This document shows, piece by piece, positions 8,282 to 19,796 of a stretch of DNA of 64,000 bases (position 1 is the stretch's first letter; every line of letters starts with the position of its first letter). Source of the DNA: Pseudomonadota bacterium (GTDB lineage Bacteria; Pseudomonadota; Gammaproteobacteria; Xanthomonadales; Xanthomonadaceae). The DNA is taken from NCBI GenBank assembly GCA_030528565.1, contig JAUMYP010000002.1, positions 56,854 to 120,853 of the forward strand, written 5' to 3'. Under the pieces are notes generated by a model. It was not told where the DNA came from and made no database searches. It saw only the letters and a program-made list of their open reading frames with translations. Made by a program: the position numbers and the translations under genes.

Positions 8282-9772
8282 TCAACGCATGGTATGGCTC
8301 AGCACCCAGAACAGTCCGCCCGAAAGCAGTGCCGATACCGGCACGGTAATCACCCAGGCTGCGGCTACGGTAACGAAGTGCGAGCGCCGTACCAGTTTGC
8401 GGCGGGCGCGTTCTTCCGGCGCCAGCGGCTTGCCCTTGCGGATGCCAAGCTCGCGGGCGCGGCGTTCGGCATGCCATTCGCGGAAGAAGCCGACGCCGAA
8501 AATCGCGCCCACGGCGATATGCGTGGAGCTGACCGGCAGTCCCAGCCAGGAAGCCAGAATCACCGTCACCGCTGCCGAGAGCGATACGCAATAGGCGCGC
8601 ATCGGGTTGAGTTTGGTGATTTGGCTGCCCACCAGGCGAATCAGCCGCGGGCCAAACAGCAGCAGGCCAAAGCTGATGCCGAGTGCGCCAATGGCCATCA
8701 CCCACAGCGGAATGCCGACCTGGCCTTGCACACTCCCGGCCTGTACGGCGTGCACAATCGCTGCCAGCGGGCCGACCGCATTGGCCACATCATTGGCGCC
8801 ATGCGCAAAGGAGAGCAGTGCCGCCGAGCACACCAGCGGGATACCGAACAGTTTGCGGATGGATTTTTTGCGGTTTTCCAGCCCCTCGGACTGACGCCTG
8901 ACCATTGGCACCGATGCCAGCCAGACCAGCACCCCGGTAACCAGACCAATCAGCAGCGACATCTGCAAGCCAATCTTGACCACCTTGGACAAGCCCTTCA
9001 GCGCCAGATAGGCACCAAAAGCGCCGGCCATGAGGCCAATCAATACCGGCACCCAGCGCCGGGCGGCGCTTATCTTGTCCTGCCGGTAAAGAATCCGTGT
9101 CTTGATGAAGGCCAGAAACACGGCGGCAATCAGGCCGCCAAGAACCGGCGAAATCACCCAGCTTGCCGCGATTTTGCCCAGCACTGACCACTTCACCGAG
9201 CTCATCCCGGCCGCCACCACTCCGGCACCGACCACGCCGCCGACAATCGAATGGGTGGTGGACACCGGCGCGCCAATCACCGTTGCCAGATTCAGCCACA
9301 GGGCGGCGGCCAGCAATGCGGCCAGCATCGCCAGCACAAAGGTGCGGCCATCGCTGACCGCATCCGGGGCGATGATGCCCGAGGCGATGGTATTGACCAC
9401 ATCGCCACCGGCAATCAGTGCGCCTGCGGTTTCAAAAATCGCGGCAATGATGAGCGCGCTGCCCAGCGTCAGCGCATTGGCGCCCACCGCCGGCCCCATA
9501 TTGTTGGCCACATCATTGGCACCGATATTGAGCGCCATATAGGCACCAATCACGGTGGCGGCGACCACCACGAAGGTGCCGGGCTGCACGCCGATAAAGG
9601 CCAGCGAGGCGGCGGCCACCAGCACCACGAAAGCAATGGCGATGCCCGGCGCAATCAGCGGTCTGGCAACAAAGGTGGTGGCGCGCTCCAGCAGGCCGAT
9701 ACGCCCCAGGTCCTTGTCGAGCGTTCTCCAGCGGGTGGGCGTACGGGCGTTGGGGTCGTTAGGCGATGACAT
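8282..9772 (-). CDS. pitA: inorganic phosphate transporter, PiT family
   Basis: Repeated GANDVAN motifs and multiple TM helices; 496 aa. Confidence 0.9.
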   Translation of the reverse strand: MSSPNDPNARTPTRWRTLDKDLGRIGLLERATTFVARPLIAPGIAIAFVVLVAAASLAFIGVQPGTFVVVAATVIGAYMALNIGANDVANNMGPAVGANALTLGSALIIAAIFETAGALIAGGDVVNTIASGIIAPDAVSDGRTFVLAMLAALLAAALWLNLATVIGAPVSTTHSIVGGVVGAGVVAAGMSSVKWSVLGKIAASWVISPVLGGLIAAVFLAFIKTRILYRQDKISAARRWVPVLIGLMAGAFGAYLALKGLSKVVKIGLQMSLLIGLVTGVLVWLASVPMVRRQSEGLENRKKSIRKLFGIPLVCSAALLSFAHGANDVANAVGPLAAIVHAVQAGSVQGQVGIPLWVMAIGALGISFGLLLFGPRLIRLVGSQITKLNPMRAYCVSLSAAVTVILASWLGLPVSSTHIAVGAIFGVGFFREWHAERRARELGIRKGKPLAPEERARRKLVRRSHFVTVAAAWVITVPVSALLSGGLFWVLSHTMR

Positions 9773-9830
9773 AAGCCAATTTTGTCATTACTTCGGCAGT
9801 TTGCGCTTGATTTTTGGCAAGCGCCGCGCA

Positions 9831-10295
9831 TCAGTGCGCAGGTTTGTCCAGGCTGCGCAGGATTTGCGCCAGCTCCGGCTCTTCCACTTCGGCAGCCGCC
9901 TCCTGCAACGGCCACCAGCGGCGCTCGCGCTGGCCGACCTCGGGATAGTCATCGGCCAGCTCGATTTCATCCATCTGAAACACCACCACTTCCACCGGCT
10001 GGGCAAAATCCTCGACCAGCACACTGGCATAGTGATAGCGGCCAAGCGGCTCGGGGCGCACCCGGCCACGCGCACCGGCCTCCTCCCAGGCTTCCTGCTG
10101 TACCGAGCCAGGCAGGTCACTGCCAGCCATCGGCCAGCCCTTGGGCAGAATCCAGCGTCCCCGGCGCTTGCTGGTAATCAGCAGCACTTCGCGGCGAGCC
10201 TCATGAACGCGCAGGCACAGAGCCGCCACTTGCAGGCGTTCTGGCCGCAGGCCAAGCAAATCCAGCAGCAGGCGTTTTAATCCCATTTTGCTCAT
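9831..10295 (-). CDS. NUDIX hydrolase
   Basis: Start MSKMGLKRLL. Nudix-box-like GSDLPGSVQQEAWEEAGARG. Confidence 0.6.
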   Translation of the reverse strand: MSKMGLKRLLLDLLGLRPERLQVAALCLRVHEARREVLLITSKRRGRWILPKGWPMAGSDLPGSVQQEAWEEAGARGRVRPEPLGRYHYASVLVEDFAQPVEVVVFQMDEIELADDYPEVGQRERRWWPLQEAAAEVEEPELAQILRSLDKPAH

Positions 10296-10316
10296 CCCTA
10301 AATCTTGTCTGCCATG

Positions 10317-10345
10317 GCGCCCGTACACCGCAGATGTACGGGCGC
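10317..10345 (-). terminator. 11-bp perfect stem-loop immediately downstream of ftsZ (no U-tract)
   Basis: gcgcccgtaca/tgtacgggcgc with a 7-nt loop between the ftsZ stop and the NUDIX start. Confidence 0.3.
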
Positions 10346-10356
10346 TGGCCTGTGCA

Positions 10357-11625
10357 TCAATCGGCCTGGCGACGCAGGAAGGCCGGGATGTCGAGGTAAT
10401 CCGCCCCGCCAAAATCCGCAGCCTTGGGTGCGGCCTCTGCTGCCGGGGCGCTGTTGCCCGGCGCGGCAGCGCGACGCAACCCCGAGGCCAGACCCTGTGC
10501 CGGATTGAAGCCGACGGCAGATACTTCATCAATCGGCAAGCCGGTAGTGCCATCGCGCTTGGCTACGCCCACATCCGGCACGATTTCCATTTGCGGCTTG
10601 GCGCGGCGCACCGGCTCGAAACCGCCACCGAAATCATTGCGCACCGAAGCACGCTGCTGGGCAGCCCGGTTGAGGCCGGTCGCCACCACGGTGACCTTGA
10701 TTTCGTCCTTCATTTCCGGGTCGAGCGAGGTACCGATGATGACCGTGGCATCTTCTGCGGCAAATTCGTCCACCGCACGGCCGATTTCTTCAAATTCGGC
10801 CATGGTGATATCCGAACCTGCAGTGATGTTGACCAGGATGCCATTGGCGCCATGCAGATTGACATCATCCAGCAGCGGGTTCTGGATGGCCATTTCCACG
10901 GCGGCCTGGGCGCGGTCATCACCGCGGGCAATGCCGGTGCCCATCATCGCCAACCCCATTTCGTTCATCACCGTTTTGACATCGGCAAAGTCCACGTTCA
11001 TTTCACCCGGACGCACGATGAGGTCGGCAATGCCCTGCACTGCGCCATGCAGCACGTTGTTGGCTTCGCGGAAGGCCTGCACCATGGTGGCATTGCGCCC
11101 CAGCACGGTCAGCAGTTTTTCGTTGGGGATGGTGATGAGCGAGTCCACATGCTGCGCCAGCTCTTCAATACCCTTCAGCGCTACCTGCATGCGGCGACGG
11201 CCTTCAAACGGGAACGGCTTGGTCACCACCGCCACGGTAAGGATGCCCATTTCCTTGGCAAGCTGCGCCACCACCGGCGCTGCGCCGGTGCCGGTGCCGC
11301 CGCCCATGCCCGCGGTGATGAACACCATGTCTGCGCCCTGCAGGGCATCCATGATGCGTTCGCGGTCTTCCAGCGCGGCCTGACGGCCGACTTCCGGATT
11401 GGCACCTGCGCCAAGCCCCTTGGTGACATTGCTACCCAATTGCAGCTGCAACTGGGTGCCGGAGCTGCCCAGTGCCTGCGCATCGGTATTGGCAGTAATC
11501 AGCTCAACACCCTGCAATTGGCTGGCCACCATATGCGCCACGGTATTGCCGCCGCCGCCGCCCACGCCAATCACCTTGATGACGGCATTGGGTGCCATTT
11601 TTTCCATCAGTTCAAAACTTGCCAT
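10357..11625 (-). CDS. ftsZ: cell division GTPase FtsZ
   Basis: [27 protein letters not shown] and the tubulin signature. The real start is at 11625; the track ORF extends upstream artefactually. Confidence 0.97.
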   Translation of the reverse strand: MASFELMEKMAPNAVIKVIGVGGGGGNTVAHMVASQLQGVELITANTDAQALGSSGTQLQLQLGSNVTKGLGAGANPEVGRQAALEDRERIMDALQGADMVFITAGMGGGTGTGAAPVVAQLAKEMGILTVAVVTKPFPFEGRRRMQVALKGIEELAQHVDSLITIPNEKLLTVLGRNATMVQAFREANNVLHGAVQGIADLIVRPGEMNVDFADVKTVMNEMGLAMMGTGIARGDDRAQAAVEMAIQNPLLDDVNLHGANGILVNITAGSDITMAEFEEIGRAVDEFAAEDATVIIGTSLDPEMKDEIKVTVVATGLNRAAQQRASVRNDFGGGFEPVRRAKPQMEIVPDVGVAKRDGTTGLPIDEVSAVGFNPAQGLASGLRRAAAPGNSAPAAEAAPKAADFGGADYLDIPAFLRRQAD

Positions 11626-11834
11626 ATCTGTAGTCCTCTCTGTTTGCGCGTTGTTTTCTGTTGTGCAAGGCATTGGAACTTCTTGTACGGTTTCCGTCTG
11701 CCTTGCAGGCGTTGCTGCTTTCATGGCTTGCGCCACTAACTCCCGGGACTTTTCAGCCACCGATACCACTTTCACCACCATCCACCTCCTTCTTTGCCCG
11801 CTTCCCGCATTGCTCACCGGCAAACGGCCCGCCA

Positions 11835-13073
11835 TCAAAACTGGCCGCTGTACCAATCCTTCAATTTCTTGATGAAACCCAGGCTGCGCCCGGAAGGCAG
11901 CAGGCTGCGCGCTCTTGGCGCATCCATCCGGCTGCCCATCAGCAATAGCCCGACACCACTGGCATGCACCGGGTTGCCGACCACTTCGGCAAGACCGGCC
12001 ACATGCTGCGGAATGCCGATACGCACCGGCATTTGCAGCATTTCTTCAGCCAACTCGACCACGCCTTCCATCTTGGCGCCGCCGCCGGTCAGCACCATCC
12101 CGGCGCGTACCAGTTCTTCAAAGCCGGAACGGCGCAGCTCGGCCTGCACCATCTCGAAAATTTCTTCGTAACGCCCCTGCACCGCCTGCGCCAGCGCATG
12201 ACGCGGCAAGCGCCGTGGCGGACGGTCACCGACGCTGGGCACCTGGATGGACTCCTCAGCCGTGGCCAGCTGCGCCAGTGCACAGGCATAGCGCACCTTG
12301 ATTTGCTCGGCCTCCGGGGTCGGCGTGCGCAGCATATGGGCGATATCGCTGGTGACATGGTCGCCGGCAATCGGCAGCGAGGCGGTATGCGCAATCGCGC
12401 CCTGCACGAATACGGCGATATCGGTGGTGCCCGCGCCAATATCCACCAGCACCACGCCCAGCTCGCGCTCGTCATCGGTCAATACCGCTTCGCTGGAAGC
12501 CAGCGCCGAGAGAATCAGCTCATCCACCGCCAGGCCGCAACGCTGCACGCATTTGCTGATATTGGTGGCCGCCGACTGCGCACAGGTGACCAGATGGGCA
12601 TGCACTTCCAGACGGATGCCACTCATGCCGACCGGGTTCTTGATGCCCTCCTGCGAGCTGTCCAGCACGTATTCGCGGGCGATGGCATGCAGGATGCGCT
12701 GGTCGGAAGGAATCGCCACCGCCTTGGCCGCTTCCAGTGCGCGCGCCATGTCGCCATGCGTGACTTCGCCATCACGCAGCGGCTCCATGCCTTGCGAATT
12801 GCGGCATTGCACATGATTGCCGCTGATTGAGGCATGCACCGAACGAATCTCGCAACCAGCCATCAGCTCGGCTTCTTCCACCGCACGCTGGATGGACTGC
12901 ACGGTGGAGTCGATATCCACCACCACGCCGCGGCGCAGGCCGCGCGATTCATGGCTGCCCACGCCAATCACTTCAATCGGCAAGCCGGGGGTGTATTCGC
13001 CCACCAGCGCCGTCACCTTGGAAGTGCCGATATCAAGGCCAACGATGAGGGTTTTATCGCCTTTGCGGTTCAT
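11835..13073 (-). CDS. ftsA: cell division protein FtsA
   Basis: [20 protein letters not shown]..., actin-like ATPase. Confidence 0.95.
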   Translation of the reverse strand: MNRKGDKTLIVGLDIGTSKVTALVGEYTPGLPIEVIGVGSHESRGLRRGVVVDIDSTVQSIQRAVEEAELMAGCEIRSVHASISGNHVQCRNSQGMEPLRDGEVTHGDMARALEAAKAVAIPSDQRILHAIAREYVLDSSQEGIKNPVGMSGIRLEVHAHLVTCAQSAATNISKCVQRCGLAVDELILSALASSEAVLTDDERELGVVLVDIGAGTTDIAVFVQGAIAHTASLPIAGDHVTSDIAHMLRTPTPEAEQIKVRYACALAQLATAEESIQVPSVGDRPPRRLPRHALAQAVQGRYEEIFEMVQAELRRSGFEELVRAGMVLTGGGAKMEGVVELAEEMLQMPVRIGIPQHVAGLAEVVGNPVHASGVGLLLMGSRMDAPRARSLLPSGRSLGFIKKLKDWYSGQF

Positions 13074-13864
13074 GTTGCAGCACCCGGAAAAACATGAGGG
13101 GGGACAGGGGCAGGGCTGTTGCCTGCGGTTTTCGGAAAATCGCCCCAGCGCAGCGCGAAGCCATTGGCATAGCGCAGGTCTGCGCGCTGCAAGGTTTTGC
13201 CGGGCGGGGCAATCAGTTGCGGCAGCAAATGCGCAAAACGGCGGATACGCGGCTCGGCGTCATGGCGGCCGACAATCACCTCAAGGCCGCTGTCGAAATG
13301 AATCGACCAGCTACCACGGGCATCCAGCCGCAGGCCGGTGACATCCAGCCCTGCGGCGGCAAACAGCGCACGCGACTGGTTGTAGAGTGCGACCACCTCG
13401 CCCACCCGGTGGCGGTCGCCGCCCAGCTGCGGCAGCCCTTCGGGCAGGGCATCGCCCATCACTTCGCGCGGATACAGATTGCCGCGCTCGGACAGCAGCC
13501 AGTCTTCATCCCATTTTGCAAACGGCCGGTGCTCGACAATTTTCACTTGCAGCACATCCGGCCATTGCTTGCTGATTTCAGCCTGCTCCACCCACGGCAG
13601 CCGTTCCACGGCCTGTTGTGCGTCTTGCAGGCGCACGGCAAAAAAACCCTGCGCCGCATAGGGCTTGAGCGTCTGCTGCAACTGCGCCGCATCGACATGG
13701 CGGAACTCGCTGGTGACCTGCAACCGGGTCAGCGCAAACCGCTTGGCGCCCAGCCAGCCCTGCATCACCGCCACCAGCGGCAGCGCAATCACGGCGATGG
13801 CAAGCACGATGCCGAAGATACGGGTCAGGGCGCGCATAGTGTCTGCTCCAGAATCCGCCAGCAC
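13070..13864 (-). CDS. ftsQ: cell division protein FtsQ
   Basis: Single N-terminal TM helix plus POTRA/FtsQ domain. The start is at 13864 or 13837. Confidence 0.85.
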   Translation of the reverse strand: MLADSGADTMRALTRIFGIVLAIAVIALPLVAVMQGWLGAKRFALTRLQVTSEFRHVDAAQLQQTLKPYAAQGFFAVRLQDAQQAVERLPWVEQAEISKQWPDVLQVKIVEHRPFAKWDEDWLLSERGNLYPREVMGDALPEGLPQLGGDRHRVGEVVALYNQSRALFAAAGLDVTGLRLDARGSWSIHFDSGLEVIVGRHDAEPRIRRFAHLLPQLIAPPGKTLQRADLRYANGFALRWGDFPKTAGNSPAPVPPHVFPGAAT

Positions 13865-14775
13865 AGCTCATCGAACTCAACGCCAATGGCGCGCGCGGCC
13901 TTGGGCACCAGCGAAGTCGCGGTCATGCCCGGCGCGGTATTGATTTCAATCAGCTGCCAGCCGCGCTGCTTGTCGCGCATCACATCCACCCGGCCATAGC
14001 CGGTGCAGGCGGCGCTCCTGAAAGCCTGCAATACCAGCTGCCCCAGCGCGGCTTCTTCTTCGCCCTGCAACCCCGGCGTGATATAGCGGGTGGTATTGGA
14101 CTGGTATTTGGCCTTGTAGTCATACCACTGGCCTTCGGGCACGATATGGATGGACGGCAGGGCGATATCGCCCAGCACCGGCACCGAGAATTCCTCGCCC
14201 TCCACCATCTGCTCCATCAGCATTTCGCCGCCGTATGCGGCTGCGACCTCACAGGCATGCTCAAGGTCGGCCTCGCTCATGACCCGCGCCACGCCGACGC
14301 TGGAGCCTTCGCTGGAAGGCTTCAGGAATACCGGCAGCCCCAGTGCTTTTGCCGCTGCACGCACATCGCCACCGGGGGCGATGCGCAGATAGCGCGGCGT
14401 GGGCAAGCCTTCGGCAATCCATACCTGCTTGGTGCGGATTTTGTCCAGCGTCAGCGCCGCGCCGAGCACGCCGGTGCCGGTGCAAGGAATGTCCAGCGCA
14501 GCCAGCAAACCCTGCACCACGCCGTTTTCGCCATCACCGCCATGCAGGATATTGAAAACGCGGTCCACCCGGCCACCGGCAATGGCCTGCACCAGCGCCT
14601 TGACGCCATCGACCGCGAATGCATCCACCCCGCGCGACTGCAGTGCGGCCAGCACCGCCGCACCGGATTTGAGCGAGACTTCGCGCTCGCTGCTTTCGCC
14701 GCCCAGGAGCACCGCGACACGACCAAAGCCTTTCGCATCGGTGAGCTGCATGGCGGGCAGTTGCATCTGGCTCAT
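13825..14775 (-). CDS. ddl: D-alanine--D-alanine ligase
   Basis: [19 protein letters not shown]... ATP-grasp. Confidence 0.93.
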   Translation of the reverse strand: MSQMQLPAMQLTDAKGFGRVAVLLGGESSEREVSLKSGAAVLAALQSRGVDAFAVDGVKALVQAIAGGRVDRVFNILHGGDGENGVVQGLLAALDIPCTGTGVLGAALTLDKIRTKQVWIAEGLPTPRYLRIAPGGDVRAAAKALGLPVFLKPSSEGSSVGVARVMSEADLEHACEVAAAYGGEMLMEQMVEGEEFSVPVLGDIALPSIHIVPEGQWYDYKAKYQSNTTRYITPGLQGEEEAALGQLVLQAFRSAACTGYGRVDVMRDKQRGWQLIEINTAPGMTATSLVPKAARAIGVEFDELCWRILEQTLCAP

Positions 14776-16229
14776 GCTGCACCTCCTGCATTTGCAAGCC
14801 CCGTAGCCGCCAATTGCTGCGCCAGCGCGCCGATATCGCCTGCCCCCATCACCAGCAACAAGTCGCCATCGCGCAGCACATCGGGCAGCACCTCCATCAG
14901 CTCGGCAGCACTGTTCACGACCACCGGGTCGATACGGCCACGGGTACGGATGGCGCGCGCCAGCGACTTGCCATCGGCACCGGCAATCGGCGCTTCGCCT
15001 GCCGGATAGACTTCCGTCAGCAGCAGCGCATCGACGCTGGAGAGCACTGCGGCAAAGTCATCGAACTGGTCACGGGTACGGCTGTAGCGGTGCGGCTGGA
15101 ACGCCACCACCAGACGGCGTTCCGGCCAGCCGCCGCGGGCGGCCTTGAATACCGCATCCAGTTCCACCGGATGATGGCCGTAGTCATCCACCAGCATGGC
15201 GCTGCCGCCGCCTGGCAGGCTGAGTTCCGCCAACTGGTTGAAGCGCCGACCTATGCCCTTGAATTTTTCAAAGGCGACGGACATCTGCGCCGGGGCAATG
15301 CCCAACTGCCAGCCTATCGCTGCGGCAGCCAGCGCATTCTGCACATTGTGGCGGCCGGGCAAGGCCAGCGTCATCGGCGTTTGCGAGCCATCGGGCAAAT
15401 GCAGGTCGAACTGCATCTGCGCGCCCTGCTGGCGCACATTGTCGGCGCGCACTTCGGCATGCTCGGCAAAACCATAGGTCAGCACATGGCGCGGCGTGGC
15501 AGCGGCCAGCCCGGCGACTTCCGGGTCATCCAGGCACAGCACCGCCAGTCCATAGAACGGCAGCCGGTGCAGGAACTCATTGAACGCCTGCTGCACCTTG
15601 GCAAAATCGTTGTCGTAGTTTTCCAGATGGTCGGCATCAATATTGGTGACCACCGCAATCAGCGGATTGAGCCGCAGAAAACTGCCATCGCTCTCGTCGG
15701 CCTCGGCCACCAGCCATTGCCCATCGCCCAGCTTGGCATTGGCGCCTGCGGCCAGCAGTTGCCCGCCAATCACGAAGGTCGGGTCTTTGCCGCCCTCATG
15801 CAGCACGCTGGCGACCAGCGAAGTGGTGGTGGTCTTGCCGTGGGTGCCGGCGATGGCGATGCCGCGGCGGAAGCGCATCAGCTCGGCCAGCATTTCCGCA
15901 CGCGGCACTATCGGGATGCGCTGCGCGCGCGCCTCCATCAGCTCCGGGTTGTCCGGCTTGATGGCCGAGGACACCACCACGCAGTCGCTGCCCAGCACAT
16001 TGGCGGCACTGTGTTCGCGGTCGATGCGTGCGCCCAGCGCCTGCAGGCGGCGGGTGGCGGCATTGTCGGCGCGGTCGGAGCCGGACACCTGATAGCCCAG
16101 GGTGCACAGCACTTCGGCAATGCCACTCATGCCAACGCCGCCGATACCGACAAAATGCACGCGGCGGAAGGCTTTGGCCAAATCGCCCGGGTCTTGCAGG
16201 CGGCGTTGCTTGACAGTGCTCATCATCAC
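14772..16229 (-). CDS. murC: UDP-N-acetylmuramate--L-alanine ligase
   Basis: [18 protein letters not shown]... Mur ligase. Confidence 0.93.
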   Translation of the reverse strand: MMMSTVKQRRLQDPGDLAKAFRRVHFVGIGGVGMSGIAEVLCTLGYQVSGSDRADNAATRRLQALGARIDREHSAANVLGSDCVVVSSAIKPDNPELMEARAQRIPIVPRAEMLAELMRFRRGIAIAGTHGKTTTTSLVASVLHEGGKDPTFVIGGQLLAAGANAKLGDGQWLVAEADESDGSFLRLNPLIAVVTNIDADHLENYDNDFAKVQQAFNEFLHRLPFYGLAVLCLDDPEVAGLAAATPRHVLTYGFAEHAEVRADNVRQQGAQMQFDLHLPDGSQTPMTLALPGRHNVQNALAAAAIGWQLGIAPAQMSVAFEKFKGIGRRFNQLAELSLPGGGSAMLVDDYGHHPVELDAVFKAARGGWPERRLVVAFQPHRYSRTRDQFDDFAAVLSSVDALLLTEVYPAGEAPIAGADGKSLARAIRTRGRIDPVVVNSAAELMEVLPDVLRDGDLLLVMGAGDIGALAQQLAATGLANAGGAA

Positions 16230-17299
16230 TTGGCCGCCTCCAGTACGGCTTCGGCCACTTGCGCGGCAGCATCGGGGCGGGCGAGCTGACGCGCTGCCTG
16301 CCCGGTGGAAAGCAATCGTTCGGGGTGCCCGGCAAAATGCGCCAGGTGCCGCGCCAGTTGCGCCGCCAGCGCATCGCCCTGTTTCACCATCAAGGCAGCC
16401 TGGCGCGATACCAGATACTCGGCATTGCGGGTCTGGTGGTCATCCACCGCCTGCGGGAACGGCACCAGGATGGCAGCCACCCCGGCGGCGCAGACCTCGG
16501 CCAGCGTCAAGGCACCGGCGCGGCAAATCACCAGGTCTGCCGCCTGCCAGGCGGCGGCCATATCGGCGATAAAGGCTTCCGGCTCGATATTCACACCGGC
16601 CCTGGCATAGGCGGCGCGGGTTTCCTCCAGCATCACCTCACCGCACTGATGGCGCACCTGCCAGACATCGCCCCTGCCGCTGGCGGCAAGCTCGGCCAGC
16701 GCCTGCGGCACGGCCTGATTGAGTGCCCGTGCGCCCTGGCTGCCGCCAATCACCAGCAGTTTGAACGGCGCATCAGGCACGCGCTGACGCGGCGGCAGGG
16801 CGGCGATTTCTTCACGCACCGGGTTGCCGACCACCATTTCACCGGCAAAGGTATCGGGAAAGCCGGTCATCACCCGGCTTGCCAGACGCGAGAGCACCCG
16901 GTTGGTCATCCCGGCGGCGCGGTTTTGTTCGTGCACCAGCAGCGGCACGCCCAGCAGTTTCGCCGCCAGCCCGCCCGGGCCTGCGGCATAGCCGCCAAAG
17001 CTCACCACCGCACGCGGGCGATGCGCCAGCAAAACCGCGCGCGCGGCCATCACCGCCGAGAGCAGCTTGAACGGCAGGCCGAGCAGTTTGCCCAAGCCCT
17101 TGCCGCGTACACCGCTGACCCGGATGGTGTCCATCGGGATGTCATGCACAGGCACCAGCCGGGTTTCCATGCCGCCTTCGGCCCCCAGCCAGCGCACCGG
17201 CACGCCACGGGCGCGCAACGCCCTGGCGACGGCAATACCGGGGAAAATATGCCCGCCAGTGCCACCGGCCAGAATCATCACCGGACGCATATCGCTCAT
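16226..17299 (-). CDS. murG: UDP-GlcNAc:undecaprenyl-PP-MurNAc-pentapeptide GlcNAc transferase
   Basis: [21 protein letters not shown]... Confidence 0.93.
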   Translation of the reverse strand: MSDMRPVMILAGGTGGHIFPGIAVARALRARGVPVRWLGAEGGMETRLVPVHDIPMDTIRVSGVRGKGLGKLLGLPFKLLSAVMAARAVLLAHRPRAVVSFGGYAAGPGGLAAKLLGVPLLVHEQNRAAGMTNRVLSRLASRVMTGFPDTFAGEMVVGNPVREEIAALPPRQRVPDAPFKLLVIGGSQGARALNQAVPQALAELAASGRGDVWQVRHQCGEVMLEETRAAYARAGVNIEPEAFIADMAAAWQAADLVICRAGALTLAEVCAAGVAAILVPFPQAVDDHQTRNAEYLVSRQAALMVKQGDALAAQLARHLAHFAGHPERLLSTGQAARQLARPDAAAQVAEAVLEAAK

Positions 17300-18708
17300 G
17301 GCTGCCCTCCATTGCCAAACGATGGCTCAATGCGCTGCCGCCGGGCTTCATGGCGCACTCCGGGCTGATGCAGCCAGCCGCCCAGGCGCTGCCACAGCGG
17401 TTTTCCGGGCAGGCGTTCATTGACCGGCTTGCGCGGCGTGCTGGCCGCCGGAGCCGCCGGAGCCGGCGCAGCGGCGGCTTCCGCAGCCACGACTGCCCGG
17501 CCTTGCTGGCTCATTTCCCGGTGCAGCGCCACCTGGCGCCTGGCGCGCTCCAGCTCCCAGGAGACGCGCAACAGCAGCCCCATCGCCGCAAAGGTCACCA
17601 AAATGCTGGAGCCGCCAAAAGAAACCAGCGGCAGGGTCAGCCCCTTGGTCGGCAACAGGCCGATGTTCACGCCAATGGAGATAAAGGTCTGCAAGGCCAT
17701 CCACATGCCGATGCCAAAACACAGATAGCCGGGGAAATAGCGGCGCATTTGCACGCATTGCAGCCCCAGCCACAATATCCGGCCCACCAGCAGCGCATAC
17801 AGGGCAATCAGTGCGCATACGCCGATAAAGCCGAATTCTTCGGCCAGCACCGCCATGATGAAGTCGGTATAGGCTTCGGGCAGGTAATTGAGCTTCTGCA
17901 CCGAGCCGCCCAGCCCTACCCCCCAAAGCTCGCCGCGACCCACCGCCATCAGCGCATTGGTAAGCTGATAGCCATCGCCGAACGGGTCTTCCCAGGGGTT
18001 AATCCACAGCCGGATACGCCTCATCCGGTAGGCTTCACGCGCCACGAACCAAATCAGCACCGGCATCAGCAATGCCACCGGCATAATCATGCGCGGCAGA
18101 TGTACCCCGCCAATCACCAGCATCAGCGCCGCCGTTGCCAGCAGCAGTGCCGTGGTGCCGAAGTCTTTCTGCACCTCAACCAAAATAATGGACAGCACTG
18201 CTACGGCACCAAATACCTTGAACATCGAGCGCCAGGAGCCTTTGACCTCATCGGAAAAACGCGACAGGTAGCTGGCCAACCAGATGGTGAAAATCAGCTT
18301 GACCGCTTCTGCGGGCTGGAAGTTGATGATGCCCAGATTCAGCCAGCGCCGTGCCCCTTTGGCCGAATGCCCCAGCCCCGGCACCCAGACCAGCAGCAGC
18401 AATAAAACGCCCACAGCCAGCAACAGGCGGCTGTATTTTTCCAGTTGGCGAATATCGCCGCGATACATCAGCACCAGCATCACGCCCATGCCCATCAGCA
18501 CCGACAGGATATGGCGATAGAAGTAATACATCGGCCCCAGCCCGCGCGCCTCGGCCATGGCGATGGAGCTTGAAGCCACCATGACCAGGCCGACTGAAGT
18601 CAGTACCAGCACGCACAGCAGCAGCCACTCGTCAAAGCGGCCGCTTACCGCATCCAGACGGACCGCCTGATGCTCAGTATGGATGCGCGGGGCGTAGCGT
18701 CCGTCCAT
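17296..18708 (-). CDS. ftsW: peptidoglycan glycosyltransferase FtsW with about 80-aa Ala/Pro/Arg-rich C-terminal extension
   Basis: SEDS-family core. 470 aa versus roughly 390-400 typical. The start ATG overlaps the mraY stop (ATGA). Confidence 0.9.
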   Translation of the reverse strand: MDGRYAPRIHTEHQAVRLDAVSGRFDEWLLLCVLVLTSVGLVMVASSSIAMAEARGLGPMYYFYRHILSVLMGMGVMLVLMYRGDIRQLEKYSRLLLAVGVLLLLLVWVPGLGHSAKGARRWLNLGIINFQPAEAVKLIFTIWLASYLSRFSDEVKGSWRSMFKVFGAVAVLSIILVEVQKDFGTTALLLATAALMLVIGGVHLPRMIMPVALLMPVLIWFVAREAYRMRRIRLWINPWEDPFGDGYQLTNALMAVGRGELWGVGLGGSVQKLNYLPEAYTDFIMAVLAEEFGFIGVCALIALYALLVGRILWLGLQCVQMRRYFPGYLCFGIGMWMALQTFISIGVNIGLLPTKGLTLPLVSFGGSSILVTFAAMGLLLRVSWELERARRQVALHREMSQQGRAVVAAEAAAAPAPAAPAASTPRKPVNERLPGKPLWQRLGGWLHQPGVRHEARRQRIEPSFGNGGQP

Positions 18709-19796
18709 CAGCGCACCTTCAGGGTGGCAAGGCCGATGAGCACCAGCACCACGGCGATAATCCAGAAACGCACGATGACGCGCGGCTCCGGCCAGCCCTT
18801 GAGCTCGAAATGGTGATGAATCGGCGCCATGCGGAACACGCGCTTGCCGGTGAGCTTGAAGCTCGCCACCTGAATCATCACCGACAGCGTTTCAATCACG
18901 AACAGCCCGCCCATGATGACCAGCACCAGCTCCTGGCGGACAATCACCGCCAGCGTGCCCAGCACCGCACCCAGCGCCAGCGCGCCGATATCGCCCATGA
19001 ACACCATCGCCGGATAGGTGTTGAACCACAGAAAACCAAGACCCGCACCGGCAATCGCCGCACAGATGATGAGCAGCTCACCGGCGCCCGGCACGGCCGG
19101 GATTTGCAGGTAGCGGGCAAATTCCGCATGCCCCGAGGCATAGGCAAACACGCCCAGCGCACAGGCGACCATCACCGTCGGCATGATGGCCAGGCCGTCC
19201 AGGCCATCGGTGAGATTGACCGCATTGGAAAAGCCGACAATCCAGAAATAAGCAATCGCCACGAAGCTGATGCCCGCCAGCGGCAGCGCCACCGACTTGA
19301 ACAGCGGCAGATAGAAGGTGGTCGCCGCCGGTACATCGGCATACAGGTACAGGTACAGCCCGGCGGCCAGCCCCAGCAGCGATTGCAGCGCGTACTTGGT
19401 ACGCGAACGCATGCCGTTGGGGTCGCGCTTGACGATTTTTATCCAGTCATCCCACCAGCCGATAGCGCCAAAGCCGACCATCACAGCCAGCACCACCCAT
19501 ACATATTTATTGCGCAAATCCGCCCACAGCAGCACCGAGGCGAGGATGGTGATGAGAATCAACGCCCCGCCCATGGTCGGCGTCCCGGCCTTGGAGAAAT
19601 GCGATTGCGGCCCATCGCTGCGAATCGGCTGGCCGCCGGATTTGAGCGAGGCCAGATAGCGGATGACTGTCGGCCCCCACCACAGCGACAGCAGCAAGGC
19701 GGTCAATGCCGAGAGAATGGCGCGGAAAGTCAGGTAATTGAACAGCCCAAACAGGCTTTGCAACTGTTCCAGCCAGCGGCTCAATTCAAGCAGCAT
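18708..19796 (-). CDS. mraY: phospho-N-acetylmuramoyl-pentapeptide transferase
   Basis: [31 protein letters not shown]..., 362 aa. The track ORF is extended upstream. Confidence 0.93.
   Translation of the reverse strand: MLLELSRWLEQLQSLFGLFNYLTFRAILSALTALLLSLWWGPTVIRYLASLKSGGQPIRSDGPQSHFSKAGTPTMGGALILITILASVLLWADLRNKYVWVVLAVMVGFGAIGWWDDWIKIVKRDPNGMRSRTKYALQSLLGLAAGLYLYLYADVPAATTFYLPLFKSVALPLAGISFVAIAYFWIVGFSNAVNLTDGLDGLAIMPTVMVACALGVFAYASGHAEFARYLQIPAVPGAGELLIICAAIAGAGLGFLWFNTYPAMVFMGDIGALALGAVLGTLAVIVRQELVLVIMGGLFVIETLSVMIQVASFKLTGKRVFRMAPIHHHFELKGWPEPRVIVRFWIIAVVLVLIGLATLKVR

Noticed and set aside
7758-8705. 315-aa extension of the ICMT-family ORF
   Set aside because: The upstream 157 codons overlap the pitA 3' end and are Arg/Gly/Pro-rich. 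The conserved methyltransferase starts at MITLSTL (8234).
10424-11383. 319-aa plus-strand ORF inside ftsZ, and 10288-11739
   Set aside because: Antisense to ftsZ; Ala/Ser/Pro-rich nonsense typical of GC-rich antisense frames.
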